A stretch of DNA of 64,000 bases from Minisyncoccota bacterium (lineage in GTDB: Bacteria; Patescibacteriota; Minisyncoccia; UBA6257; UBA9933). The position numbers were made by a program, and so were the translations under genes. The notes beneath the pieces were generated by a model. It was not told where the DNA came from and did not search any database. It saw only the letters and a program-made list of their open reading frames with translations. The stretch spans positions 1,398 to 65,397 of the forward strand of contig JBAZEU010000001.1 in the NCBI GenBank assembly GCA_041653755.1, given 5' to 3'. Numbering within the stretch: position 1 is the first letter of the stretch; every line of letters begins with the position of its first letter. Of the stretch, positions 48,509 through 58,897 are shown in pieces.

Positions 48509-50601
48509 AAATATCTAAAATTTTTCTAAAAATTTCTCAAGGATTTTTATACTTAACGCTTTTGACGCCAGTTTTGATATCACGTAATTTATTCTTCCCT
48601 TTCGTTTCTGGAAAGATAATTTTTTTCAAGATAATAGTTGAGCTTGCATTGTTGTTTTATCTGTTGGCGTTCCTGTCTAACCCCAAAAACGAAACGTTTG
48701 AATTTAAAAAGTTATTCAAGAACCCCATCTTTATCAGCGTTTGCGTTTTTACCTTATTGTTTTTCGCTTCAAGTTTTTGGGGGATAAACGCTAAATTTAG
48801 CTTATTCTCGAATTACGAAAGAGGAGAGGGCGGTTTTCAGATGCTTCATTATCTTATTTTCTTTTTCTTGTTGGTGTCTTTATTTAAAACGAAAAAGGAT
48901 TGGAAGAATCTTTTTATCGCCTCGATTCTTGTCTCGCTGGTAGTCTGTTCCTATGCATTAGGCCAGCTTGGAGTAGCAAAATGTCTTGATAGGGCCGGCA
49001 GCAATCAAACGGCTATTCAGGCCTGTCAGACCGGAACTTTTTTGTCGGCGAGCAGCCAAGTTTCCGGGACACTTGGTAATTCTTCTTATCTGGCAGTTTA
49101 TATTTTATTCACTTTATTCTTTATCGGTTATCTAATTCTTGGAGAGAAGAGAAAATGGTTAAAAATAATTTTAGGGATTGTGGCGATTTTTGAATTTTTG
49201 ATTTTACTTCAAACTCAAACCCGCGGAGTATTATTCGGCTTGGTTATAGCTACTATCATATGGTGCTTAGCTGCTGCTATTTTCTACCTTTTCAAAAACC
49301 GTAGTAAGAAAAGTTTGCTATTCGTTTTAGCTGTCCTCGGGCTATTAGCGGTTTTTATGCTTATTCTTTCTTTGATTGCCGTAAGCCATCCATCTTCTGT
49401 TGCTAGCCGGTTCATAAAAGTTTTTAGCCCATCTTATTTACTTAATTCATTAAAAGACCGTTTCTGGGCCTGGGGATCAGCTACGGCTTCTATTATGGAA
49501 AGGCCTTTTGGCTGGGGAGCTGAAAATTTCCCGCAGGCATTCGATAAATACTATAATCCTAAGCTTTTTGGCATTGAAAGTTGGTTTGACCGGGCGCACA
49601 ATGTTTACCTGGATTATGCCTTAGTCGGCGGGATTCCTCTCTTGATTGCTTTTTTGTCGATCTTTTACTTTTTCTACCAACGAATATTTAAGAGGTTTAA
49701 AGTCATATCGGAAGGAGTAGTCTTACAGTACGGCAATGAGAATTTAATTATTTTGTCTTCGGTATTTATTTTGATAACAACTTATTTAATTCAGGGGTTT
49801 GTTCTATTCGACGTAATTTCAACTTACATAGTTTTATTTTTATCCTTGGCGTTTTTTGTAAATTATTTTGATAAGCCGGAAGAAGAAAGAAAAAATTCAA
49901 CCGTTGTTCCTTGGTGGGGGAAGGGAGTTGTCTCTATTTTAATAATCTCGATATTCTTTGGTATTTATTGGCTAGGATTTTTGCCTTATCAGCGTTCCAG
50001 GATTTTGATTAACGCTATCCAAAAATCTCAAGCTGAATTCGTGGATGCGATTCGAACCCAAAAAAGCGATTTCAGCGAAACTTTTACTAAAATCAATTCT
50101 TATTTCGATCCGGCGCTAAATCATAAAGCGTTGGTCGGCGGCAATGAAACTATGATTGCTTTTTGTCAGTCGAATGAAAGCTTCTTAAATTATATTTTGC
50201 AGCAAAATACTTCGCCGACAAAAAATTCTTTTATTTCTTTGGTAAGCTATTTAGATCAAGAATCTGATAAAAAAGAAAAAGCAAACGAATTAATCGGAAC
50301 AAGGCCATTATTATATATAGGTTGGGTTGATTTTGCCGTTGGACGTGCTAGCGGTGAAACTTCATATTATCAAAAAGCAGCCGGATATTTCGATAAAGGA
50401 TTGAAAGAATCGCCGACCAGGATGGAATTCATTTATGTTAATCTTGAAGTTGCTTTGACTCAAAAAGATCAAAATACCGCCAAGTTAATGCTCAAAAAGG
50501 CTTTTGGTTTGAGGCCAGACCTTCAGGAAACGAACAAGTATTACAAAGGAGCTTACGAAGCAGAGTTTGGGACAAAGTTTGATGCCAATATCGTCGACTA
50601 A
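48496..50601 (+). CDS. O-antigen ligase/Wzy_C-family membrane protein
   Basis: GTLGNSSYLA, TQTRG, FGWGAENF, WFDRAHNVYLD. Confidence 0.88.
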   Translation: MDNLKISKIFLKISQGFLYLTLLTPVLISRNLFFPFVSGKIIFFKIIVELALLFYLLAFLSNPKNETFEFKKLFKNPIFISVCVFTLLFFASSFWGINAKFSLFSNYERGEGGFQMLHYLIFFFLLVSLFKTKKDWKNLFIASILVSLVVCSYALGQLGVAKCLDRAGSNQTAIQACQTGTFLSASSQVSGTLGNSSYLAVYILFTLFFIGYLILGEKRKWLKIILGIVAIFEFLILLQTQTRGVLFGLVIATIIWCLAAAIFYLFKNRSKKSLLFVLAVLGLLAVFMLILSLIAVSHPSSVASRFIKVFSPSYLLNSLKDRFWAWGSATASIMERPFGWGAENFPQAFDKYYNPKLFGIESWFDRAHNVYLDYALVGGIPLLIAFLSIFYFFYQRIFKRFKVISEGVVLQYGNENLIILSSVFILITTYLIQGFVLFDVISTYIVLFLSLAFFVNYFDKPEEERKNSTVVPWWGKGVVSILIISIFFGIYWLGFLPYQRSRILINAIQKSQAEFVDAIRTQKSDFSETFTKINSYFDPALNHKALVGGNETMIAFCQSNESFLNYILQQNTSPTKNSFISLVSYLDQESDKKEKANELIGTRPLLYIGWVDFAVGRASGETSYYQKAAGYFDKGLKESPTRMEFIYVNLEVALTQKDQNTAKLMLKKAFGLRPDLQETNKYYKGAYEAEFGTKFDANIVD

Positions 50602-50670
50602 AAAGTGAAACAAACCTAAAAACCCATCGTTTTATATGTATATAGGCAGAAAGACAGTCCCCGTCATCTC

Positions 50671-51061
50671 TTGCAAATCAGCGCAAAATCTTTTAAAATA
50701 AAAAATAATGGTTCAGAGTGAGGCTGAACTAAAAAATAATCGATTTCCAATAATTTTTTGGTTATTGGTTTTACCTGCCTGCCGGTAGGCAGGAGTTGTA
50801 AGTTAGTTTATGCCTCGCTCAAAAAGCGAGTTTTTTATTTGTTTTGTCTCCGCCAACGGCGGAGGAACAAAACAAGAATCCGCCTAAGTTTTTCGAAAAT
50901 TTTGGCGGATCTTAACCCAAATGAAATCATGGTCCGAAAGGATCCTTGTTAATTATTAATGGTCGATCAAGGATAAAGAATTAGATCGATAAAATTAAAA
51001 TAAGGATTTTGTTAAATCCCGATTTATCAGGACTTAAAGAAATCCGATCACAATAATAAAA
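50671..51061 (+). promoter_or_regulatory. promoter and long multi-hairpin 5' leader of the S-layer-like gene
   Basis: TTGCAA-N17-TAAAAT followed by about eight inverted repeats before ATG 51062. Confidence 0.6.
50774..50793. repeat. short palindromic REP-like repeat
   Basis: CCTGCCTGCCGGTAGGCAGG; degenerate copies at 21331, 41202 and 53804. Confidence 0.7.
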
Positions 51062-52975
51062 ATGAAATTAGGAATAAAAGTTTTTGCTGTAGTTTCAGCA
51101 TTAACAATGATCGCTCCTATTGCATTTGGTGCAACAACTGCTGAATTGCAAGCTCAAATCACAGCCCTTTTGGCTCAGATTCAAGCTTTACAAACTCAGT
51201 TATCTGCACAGGGTGGGCAAGTATCTTCAGCTACCACTTTTACCAGTAGCCTCACTATTGGTTCACAGGGAACTCAAGTTACTGCTTTGCAAAATCTTTT
51301 GATTTCCGCAAATAAAGGAACAAAAGCTCAAGCATTAGCCGCCGTTGGTGCAACAGGATACTTTGGTTCAATAACCAAAGCCGCTTTAGCCGAATATCAA
51401 GCCGCTGCGAATATTTCACCAGCAGTTGGATATTTTGGCCCAATCACAATGGCCTATGTTAATTCATTGGCCTCAACAGGCACAGGAACTGGAACCGGAA
51501 CAGGAACCGGAACAGGAACAACAGCAGCAGAAGGTTCATATACGGTAGCTTTGGCTGCCTCACCAGCGAATCAGGTTAATGCTGCATCAGGAGTTAACGT
51601 TCCAGTTTACGGAATTGAAGTCAGAGCCACTGGTTCTGATATCAAAATCGACAGATTGGATCTTCAGTTAGCAGTTACAAACACTGCAACAGCAGCTATT
51701 CAAAATCCAGCTTCGTTTATAACGAAGATTTCTATTTTGGATGGCTCAACAGTGTTGTCATCCCAGGTAATTAGCTCTGCTAATATCTATCAGGATGCCG
51801 CTCTTGCTTATTGGACTCGATTAACAGGTCTTAACTTCGTGGTTTCAAAGGATACTGCAAAAACTTTGACAGTAGCTATTGATACTGCGGGCGCAGTTGA
51901 TCAGGGTAGAACAATTGTTGTTAACGTTTATGGTGCCAATGGTATCAGAGGCGTTGACGGAATAGGATTAAATACCTATGCCGCTTTAGCAACAACCAGA
52001 ACACACACCTTTGTAACAGGAGGTGCCTCTGTTTTGACAGTTACCGCTGACCCAAATACCGTGTTAACAAACAACCATGTTGTTGATGGTACTACTGGAG
52101 CCACAGAGGTTACAGTAATGTCTTTCAACGCCAAAGCAACTGTTGACAATGCAGTGATCAGAACCATTAACTTGGTTCAGTCATATTCATCAGCAACAGC
52201 TCCATCAGCAGTTAAAATCTATGATGGTAGCACTTTGGTAGGTTCAGGAGTTGCTTCCGGTCTTGCCGCTGCAAACGCAACCGGTTCAACAGCCTTTACT
52301 AACTTGGCAATTTCCGTTCCGAAAGACACAACCAAAACACTTACAGTAAAGATCGACTATCCAGCTACATACGGCGCAACAGGCGGTGAAAACGCCACAG
52401 TCGGTGTCTGGAGAGCTGATGTTACTGCAAATGGAATTTGGTATCAGAGAGCAGATGGCGTAATAGCCGCTGCAACAATGTCTGGTGCTACAGTTTGGGG
52501 AAATACCCAATACACATTCCGCAGAGCTCCAAGCATCACCTTGGTTAGCGCTTCTGCCTCAAAGGTTGGCGGTGGCACAACAGCTTCAAGCAACCTTATA
52601 ACAACAATGGTTTTGAAGTTGAAAGCCCAAGGAGGAACTTTAGTTGCTCCAGATGGGATAGTAGCTTCAGCCGGAGCCAGCACAACCGTTGCAATTCTTA
52701 AAGCTTCAACAGGAGGCGAATTAGAAGCTGCATCTGGTACAAGTGCTTTTGCTGTTACGTTGAGCCCGAATAAGGCAACTTATGCTGACGGAGAAGAGGT
52801 CACAATGACAATTTCAGGAAATACTGCATATGAAGGTCCTACGACCAATGTCAGAACACCTGAATTCCTTCGCATGAGATTGGCTGATTTTTGGTGGAGA
52901 GTTGGAGACACTGATGCTCAAGTACAAAATTGGGGCATTACAGACTTCGTAACACCATACGTTAGCTTGCCGTAA
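51062..52975 (+). CDS. S-layer-like surface protein with N-terminal peptidoglycan-binding-like domain
   Basis: Signal peptide, LQAQITALLAQIQ coil, LTIGSQGTQVTALQ...GYFGPIT, (TG)n linker, Ala/Thr-rich beta body. Confidence 0.75.
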   Translation: MKLGIKVFAVVSALTMIAPIAFGATTAELQAQITALLAQIQALQTQLSAQGGQVSSATTFTSSLTIGSQGTQVTALQNLLISANKGTKAQALAAVGATGYFGSITKAALAEYQAAANISPAVGYFGPITMAYVNSLASTGTGTGTGTGTGTGTTAAEGSYTVALAASPANQVNAASGVNVPVYGIEVRATGSDIKIDRLDLQLAVTNTATAAIQNPASFITKISILDGSTVLSSQVISSANIYQDAALAYWTRLTGLNFVVSKDTAKTLTVAIDTAGAVDQGRTIVVNVYGANGIRGVDGIGLNTYAALATTRTHTFVTGGASVLTVTADPNTVLTNNHVVDGTTGATEVTVMSFNAKATVDNAVIRTINLVQSYSSATAPSAVKIYDGSTLVGSGVASGLAAANATGSTAFTNLAISVPKDTTKTLTVKIDYPATYGATGGENATVGVWRADVTANGIWYQRADGVIAAATMSGATVWGNTQYTFRRAPSITLVSASASKVGGGTTASSNLITTMVLKLKAQGGTLVAPDGIVASAGASTTVAILKASTGGELEAASGTSAFAVTLSPNKATYADGEEVTMTISGNTAYEGPTTNVRTPEFLRMRLADFWWRVGDTDAQVQNWGITDFVTPYVSLP

Positions 52976-52994
52976 TATCAGTTACGATTGTTAT

Positions 52995-53032
52995 GAAAAA
53001 CCAAAAAAGCCCTTTCGGGCTTTTTTGGTTTC
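52995..53032 (+). terminator. intrinsic terminator
   Basis: AAACCAAAAAAGCCC-TTTC-GGGCTTTTTTGGTTT. Confidence 0.85.
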
Positions 53033-53076
53033 AGAAGTTTTGACTTTAAAACTTTCAGCGTTTAAAATTATTAGGT

Positions 53077-55317
53077 ATGCCATTGATAAAAATTTCCGAA
53101 AGAATATTAAAGACGATTTTATTTTTAGTAATTTTCGCCACTCCTTTAATTTTTGCTAATTCATTGTATATGCCTTATGTTGCCGGCAAGGCGTATTTTT
53201 TCCGTTTGCTGATAGAACTCGCCTTGATCCCGTGGACAGTTCTTCTTTTCAAAAAACCAGAAAGCCGGCCGAACTTTAAAAATCTTTTGGTAATCGCTCT
53301 TCTGGCGATGGTGGTAGTTATGATAATTACCGCCTTCACCGGTGTTGATGTCCGCCGTTCTTTTTTCTCGAACAACGAACGTTCTGACGGAATAATCCAA
53401 TATATCCACTGGATTTTATATTTCTTGATGGCAATTTCCGTTTTTAAAACAAAAAAGGATTGGCAGATAGCTTTATCGCTTTTTAGCTCGACAGCGCTAA
53501 TAAATTGCATCTATGCGTTTGCGCACCGTACAAGTCAGTCGCAGCTTTTTGGGTTATTCGGTAATTCATCTTATTTAAGCGGCTTTCTAATTTTTGCGAT
53601 AGGTTTCTGCTTTTTATTTTTAACGAATTCTTTAAAGCTTTTTGCCAAAAAAATACCCGTTGCTTTTGTTCTTTTAGTTGCCGGTTTGATATTAGTTTTT
53701 TCTATTGCATTGGTTCAAGCTCAAACCCGCGGCGCTTATCTTGGTATATTTCTAGGTTTTATTCTTCTCGTGATTTTGGCTAATTTTTCTTTTTGGAAAA
53801 AATCTTTGCCTGACCGGCAGGCAGAAAAGAAAACAATCATTATTCTCGATGTGATTCTTTTTGTTGCGTTAATTTTCTTAGGACTAATTTTTATTTTTCA
53901 AAATTCCCAATTTGTGAAAAGTCATCCAATTATTAACCGGGTTGCCAACGTTGCTCATACTACTTCTGTCCAAGATCGTTTATCTGAATGGAACACGGCT
54001 ATTAAAGGATTTAAGGACAAGCCGATTTTGGGCTGGGGCCCGGAAAACTTCGATGTGGTGACTAACAAGTACTACAATTATCGCGTAGGTTTGTATGAGC
54101 CATGGTTCGACAGACCGCATAATCAGGCGTTTCAGTATTTAGCCGAAGGGGGAATAATTCTATTTGCCGCTTATCTTTTTCTTGTGGCAATGGTTCTCCG
54201 TTCAATCTTTAAGATTTACAGAAAAGAAAAAGTTCTCGGTTCTTTCTTTCTGGCTATCTATGTTGCTTATATTATTCAAAGCTTGATTTTGTTTGATGCT
54301 CTGCCGATGTTCTTGGGTCTATTTACTCTTCTTGCGCTCGTTTATTTCTTTTCTGAATCGTCACCCGCAATAAATGTTTCTTCTGGCTTGACGCGTCCTA
54401 AAAATAATTCCGTATTTTTCACCGGGATAGTAATTTTAACAATTCTAATTTTAGTTCTTATCAGATATACCGTTTTTATCCCTTTTACCGGCAACAAATT
54501 AATCATTAAAGCCTACGAAGATATTGGCTACGGAGAATACGAGAAATTAAATGTAGATTTCGATAAATTATTTTCGATTAGATCGCCGTATGTTTACGTC
54601 GATGCGAGAAGAGCAATTGGCTGGGAATTCCTAAAGAATGTTTTAGACAATCCAGAAATTACTGACGCGAACCGCGCGGCAATAACAGCTTCTTATCAGA
54701 AAATTGCTCCGGAGCTGGAAAATTGGATGAAGTATCGGCCAGTCGATCCACAGGTCTATTATGTTCTCGGCGCTTCTTACCGGCTTGGTTTCCAAAAATT
54801 AAACCAACAAGATGCATTGCCGAAAGCCGAAGTAGCACTTAAAAAATCCTTGAATTATTCAGCTAACAGAATTGAGTATATAGATGAACTTGGGCAAGTT
54901 CTTGTCTTAGAGAATAAGATAGAAGAATTCAACGAGTTAATGAAGAAATTCGTTTCTGGTGTAGATATTAACGATCCATATCGTTATTTATCTTTAGGCC
55001 ATGCTTATTTCATCCAGGGCAATTATACTTTGGCGATGGACGAATATACGAAAGCAAAAGATCTTGGTCAGAAGTTCTGGCAAAGCGATAGAGATTATTA
55101 CCGATACATACAAACAGCGGAACAGTTACAGGATTGGCCTAAGATTATTGAGATGACCCAAGAGTATTTGAAAAATCGCGGAGAAGACGTGAATAATATA
55201 TTTAATCTGGCGGTTGCGCAGCTTTATGCAGGAGACATAGAAAACGCAAGGATAAATTTCAATAAAGCGGTTCAGCTGAATCCTGATTTTGAACAGTATA
55301 GATCTTCTTTCCAGTAA
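53077..55317 (+). CDS. O-antigen ligase/Wzy_C-family protein with C-terminal TPR repeats
   Basis: GLFGNSSYLS, QTRG, LGWGPENF, WFDRPHN; TPR-like C-terminus; paralog of 48496-50601. Confidence 0.88.
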   Translation: MPLIKISERILKTILFLVIFATPLIFANSLYMPYVAGKAYFFRLLIELALIPWTVLLFKKPESRPNFKNLLVIALLAMVVVMIITAFTGVDVRRSFFSNNERSDGIIQYIHWILYFLMAISVFKTKKDWQIALSLFSSTALINCIYAFAHRTSQSQLFGLFGNSSYLSGFLIFAIGFCFLFLTNSLKLFAKKIPVAFVLLVAGLILVFSIALVQAQTRGAYLGIFLGFILLVILANFSFWKKSLPDRQAEKKTIIILDVILFVALIFLGLIFIFQNSQFVKSHPIINRVANVAHTTSVQDRLSEWNTAIKGFKDKPILGWGPENFDVVTNKYYNYRVGLYEPWFDRPHNQAFQYLAEGGIILFAAYLFLVAMVLRSIFKIYRKEKVLGSFFLAIYVAYIIQSLILFDALPMFLGLFTLLALVYFFSESSPAINVSSGLTRPKNNSVFFTGIVILTILILVLIRYTVFIPFTGNKLIIKAYEDIGYGEYEKLNVDFDKLFSIRSPYVYVDARRAIGWEFLKNVLDNPEITDANRAAITASYQKIAPELENWMKYRPVDPQVYYVLGASYRLGFQKLNQQDALPKAEVALKKSLNYSANRIEYIDELGQVLVLENKIEEFNELMKKFVSGVDINDPYRYLSLGHAYFIQGNYTLAMDEYTKAKDLGQKFWQSDRDYYRYIQTAEQLQDWPKIIEMTQEYLKNRGEDVNNIFNLAVAQLYAGDIENARINFNKAVQLNPDFEQYRSSFQ

Positions 55318-55324
55318 AAAGTTC

Positions 55325-55558
55325 TTATTGTTTTAAAAATCCTTCAATCTCTTCGCGGTTAAAACCAACAATGATATGGTCGTTTATGTCGATTACCGGC
55401 ACGTTTATTTTCCCGGTTTTTTGGATCATTTCTTCTCGGGCTTTCTCGTCAACCGTAACGTCAAATTCTTCATAATCCAATCCTTGTTCAGTAAAAAAAT
55501 CTTTTGCCATTTGGCAATAAGGACAAGCTGGAGTTGAATAAATTTTGATTTTTACCAT
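55325..55558 (-). CDS. glutaredoxin/NrdH-redoxin
   Basis: YSTPACPYC, VPVIDI, IVGFN. Confidence 0.92.
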   Translation of the reverse strand: MVKIKIYSTPACPYCQMAKDFFTEQGLDYEEFDVTVDEKAREEMIQKTGKINVPVIDINDHIIVGFNREEIEGFLKQ

Positions 55559-55559
55559 T

Positions 55560-55730
55560 TTATTTGTTTCCTGTTTTGGTTATTTTTCGAGAGAAGGAAA
55601 AAACAATTAAAATTATGCCTATTATTACCGCATTCCACGTGGCAATATTATATTGAAAAAATCCTAAGAGCCAGGGTGAAACAACAAGCCAGATGCCTAC
55701 TATTAAAATTGGCGTAAAAAATTTTGTCAT
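55560..55730 (-). CDS. 56-aa SPW-repeat membrane protein (not in ORF track)
   Basis: MTKFFTPILIVGIWLVVSPWLLGFFQYNIATWNAVIIGIILIVFSF...; TACAAT 8 nt upstream. Confidence 0.75.
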   Translation of the reverse strand: MTKFFTPILIVGIWLVVSPWLLGFFQYNIATWNAVIIGIILIVFSFSRKITKTGNK

Positions 55731-55819
55731 ATGAGTATATTGTATCGAATTTTATTTGATATATCAAAATCCTTAGAGACCTCTTGCTTTCTTTTTTTGC
55801 GTATTGGATAATTAATTAA

Positions 55820-57874
55820 ATGTCTAAACTAGCAAAAGGTATTGCTGTTATTGGAGTGCTCAGTATGTTAGCTCCAACTGTTTTTGGTGTTTCGGTTAGT
55901 GACTTACAAGGTCAACTTGATGCTCTTTTAGTCCAACTTCACTCCTTACAGGCTCAATTAAGCGCGCTAAATACTTCTAATGTCTTCAATTTTAGCGTCA
56001 ACCTAACTTTTGGTTCAGTCGGGAGTCAGGTTTCTGCTCTTCAGAACTTTTTGGTGTCACAGAATGTTGGCCTGGCAGCTCTGGCTCTGGCTCGTCATGG
56101 AACAACCCAGAATTTTGGCAGTTTAACTAAAGCAGCCCTCATTGAATACCAGCAGTCAGCTGGCATTTCTCCAGCTATTGGATATTTTGGTCCCATTACC
56201 AGAAATTACATTAACTCTTTGAGGAATAACACCGACAACACGAATAACACGACTACCAATACTTCTGGTTTATCTTTTTCAACTTCAACAACTTCAAACG
56301 AATTAATTGGTTTAGTTCCAGTTGTTTCTACTAATTCAGCTATCAACGTATATGACACTTCAGCTATTTTAAGGGGAGAAACAGATTCTTCTGCTGGTCT
56401 GGTTGGTTTTGATTACGGTCTGACCTCCAGCTACGGTTCAGAGACCACTTCTACCGGCAATGGAATGTTTTCTTCGTATCTTTCTGGCTTATCAGGCAAT
56501 ACCACCTATCATTTCAGAGCCAAAGCTAAGAATTCAGCTGGCTGGGGGTATGGAGGTGATCAAACCTTAACTACTGCCACGGTCTTAAATTATTCAGTCC
56601 CGCAAGGAGACAATAGTGTGGTTATTTCTATCCCTACTTTAACCACAGATGCAGCTACAGCTTTAGCAGCGACCACTGCTACCTTAAATGGAACTATTAC
56701 TGATGAAGGAGGAGCTTCTTCTACGATAACTGGTTTTGATTACGGTCTGACAAATGCGTACGGCACTGAAGCCACTTCCACCTATGCCGGAGGAGCAGCT
56801 GCGTTCTCAAAAGATATTACGAGTTTAGCCAGCAATACCACCTACCATTTCAGATCTAAGGCTAAAAATTCTGCTGGTTGGGGTTATGGAGCGGATGCAA
56901 TATTAACTACCGCCTTAGCTCCTCCAACTGTGACCACTAACGCTGCCACCAGCGTAGCTACTTCTACCGCTACCTTCAATGGTTCTATCACTTCTGAAGG
57001 AGATGCTTCTTCCACTATTACTGGTTTTGATTACGGGTTAACAGACAGTTACGGTTCAGAAGCTACTTCTACTTACGCAGCTGGAGTAGGAGCATTTAAC
57101 AAAGCTATCACTGGTTTAACTTCTGGCGCTACTTATCATCTTAGAGCCAAATCCTACAATGCAGGAGGTTGGGGTTATGGGAGTGATGGAACGTTAACGA
57201 CAGCAGATCAATACGCCAAACTTCTACTGCATATGGACGGGGTTAATGAGTCTACTAGTTTCCCTGATTCTTCGTTTTATAATCATACGATGACGGCTCA
57301 AGGTGGCGTCCAAGTAGATACCAGCAATTACAAATTCCCGACTGGCGGATGCAATTTTGTATCCGATGGAAATTATCTTTCTTCGGCTACTAGCGAAGAT
57401 TGGCATTTTAGTACAGGTGATTTTACAATTGACTTCTGGGTGAAATTTAATTCGTTGGGTACGGAGAAAGCATTAGTTGTCATATTTGATGCGAATCTTC
57501 CTGCTCCAGTTACCTTGAATGTTGTCAGGACATCAGATAATAAATTAGCGGCTGCTATGAGTACTCCGAATCACGGGCCAGTAACCACTAATGCTGTATT
57601 TACTCAAACTGGAGTTTGGTATCATGTGGCTATTGAAAAAAGTGGAGGATCCACAAACCCTTTATTCTTTATCAATGGAGTGCAGCAAACAATTACTAGC
57701 AGCGCTTGGGGAGATGCTTTGTGGCCTGCAGATCTTCCGTGGAAAACTACCTTATATGTTGGTTATTCTCCTTGGCATGGCAGCGGGATAGACGGATATA
57801 TCGATGAGCTTAGAATCAGTAAAGGCATCGCTCGTTGGACTTCCAATTTTACCCCGCCAACAACTCCGTACTAA
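55820..57874 (+). CDS. surface protein: PG-binding-like N-terminus, three FN3/Ig-like repeats and a LamG domain
   Basis: GYFGPITR; three GFDYGLT...YHFRAKAKNSAGWGYG-type repeats; GYIDELRISKGIARWTSNFTPP. Confidence 0.85.
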   Translation: MSKLAKGIAVIGVLSMLAPTVFGVSVSDLQGQLDALLVQLHSLQAQLSALNTSNVFNFSVNLTFGSVGSQVSALQNFLVSQNVGLAALALARHGTTQNFGSLTKAALIEYQQSAGISPAIGYFGPITRNYINSLRNNTDNTNNTTTNTSGLSFSTSTTSNELIGLVPVVSTNSAINVYDTSAILRGETDSSAGLVGFDYGLTSSYGSETTSTGNGMFSSYLSGLSGNTTYHFRAKAKNSAGWGYGGDQTLTTATVLNYSVPQGDNSVVISIPTLTTDAATALAATTATLNGTITDEGGASSTITGFDYGLTNAYGTEATSTYAGGAAAFSKDITSLASNTTYHFRSKAKNSAGWGYGADAILTTALAPPTVTTNAATSVATSTATFNGSITSEGDASSTITGFDYGLTDSYGSEATSTYAAGVGAFNKAITGLTSGATYHLRAKSYNAGGWGYGSDGTLTTADQYAKLLLHMDGVNESTSFPDSSFYNHTMTAQGGVQVDTSNYKFPTGGCNFVSDGNYLSSATSEDWHFSTGDFTIDFWVKFNSLGTEKALVVIFDANLPAPVTLNVVRTSDNKLAAAMSTPNHGPVTTNAVFTQTGVWYHVAIEKSGGSTNPLFFINGVQQTITSSAWGDALWPADLPWKTTLYVGYSPWHGSGIDGYIDELRISKGIARWTSNFTPPTTPY

Positions 57875-57888
57875 AGATTTGAATTGTC

Positions 57889-57929
57889 AAAACTAAAAAC
57901 CCCCGATTTTGTCGGGGGCTTTTAGTTTT
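57889..57929. terminator. bidirectional terminator
   Basis: AAAACTAAAAACCCCCGA...TCGGGGGCTTTTAGTTTT. Confidence 0.8.
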
Positions 57930-58125
57930 ATCTTCGGAAAGATCCTCGATCTTGTCTAAAAGATCTTACTCTTTCTCGATGACAATCGCGGCACAAGAGT
58001 TTGTCCAATTTAGTTGGATCTGGCTCGAATGGAAGCTCTGTAATATCGCCTCCACACTTTGCACATTTCCAGCTGCCCTGGTACATTTTTCTCTCAAAAC
58101 CGCCTTGGTTATTATCGAAAGCCAT
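57928..58125 (-). CDS. CxxC-x17-CxxC domain protein
   Basis: WKCAKCGGDITELPFEPD...LLCRDCH. Confidence 0.88.
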   Translation of the reverse strand: MAFDNNQGGFERKMYQGSWKCAKCGGDITELPFEPDPTKLDKLLCRDCHRERVRSFRQDRGSFRR

Positions 58126-58228
58126 TTTGTCGTATTTTAATTAATGATTCGTCCCTTTTAAATTAGCTTGAGACAAAATGGCATAATAGACATTTTTCCA
58201 CTTTGCTTTGCTACTTTCTATTAGTATA

Positions 58229-58897
58229 TCAGTTATTCAAAAATTTATCAATAGAGGTTTTGAAAGCGTCATACGGTTGTTCGCCAACAATTGTTTCGGT
58301 GTTTATAAAGAAAGTTGGTGTTCCTTCCACTTTTGCTATTTGAGCATCATCAGACCATTGTTGGACTTTGTCTAAATATTTTCCCGCGGTATAGCAATCA
58401 GAGAATTTATTTTCGTCTAGCCCTAACTCCTTGGCGATTTTTTTCGTTGAGGGCAAAACATCATCTACGGTTTTAACGTTATCGGTTAGTTCCTGGGTAT
58501 GCTCGAAAAGATAATCGGAAAATTCCCAGTATTTGTTTTGTTCGCCAGCACAAAAAGTCGCTTGAGCCAATTCAGCCGGCAAAGAACGTAAGATAAATTT
58601 TACTTTTCCGGTATCAATGTAATCTTTTTTCAGTTGAGGAAAGGTTGTCTCGTAGAAACTTATACAATGACTGCAAAAATAACTTGAGTATTCGACGATA
58701 GTTACGGGCGCATCTTTACTCCCCAAGAAATTTTCACCGGTTACGTCTACATTTCTTGCGTCAAGAACGCTGGCTGTTTGATTCTGGTTGTTCGGATTAT
58801 TAATTTTTTTCAGATTGATTGTGTAATAAAAAATAGAACCGGAGATTAATACTGCGGCGGCTAAAATACTTATGATTAATAATTTTTGATTTTTCAT
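58229..58897 (-). CDS. DsbA-family thioredoxin-fold protein
   Basis: GSKDAPVTIVEYS, CSHC, GTPTFFIN. Confidence 0.92.
   Translation of the reverse strand: MKNQKLLIISILAAAVLISGSIFYYTINLKKINNPNNQNQTASVLDARNVDVTGENFLGSKDAPVTIVEYSSYFCSHCISFYETTFPQLKKDYIDTGKVKFILRSLPAELAQATFCAGEQNKYWEFSDYLFEHTQELTDNVKTVDDVLPSTKKIAKELGLDENKFSDCYTAGKYLDKVQQWSDDAQIAKVEGTPTFFINTETIVGEQPYDAFKTSIDKFLNN

Noticed and set aside
51475-51520. (Thr-Gly)n repeat as a contingency locus
   Set aside because: Codons vary and the unit is in frame; it is an ordinary flexible linker.
56330-57200. Diversity-generating retroelement template/variable repeats
   Set aside because: These are three in-frame domain repeats with differences not confined to adenines, and there is no reverse transcriptase in the window.
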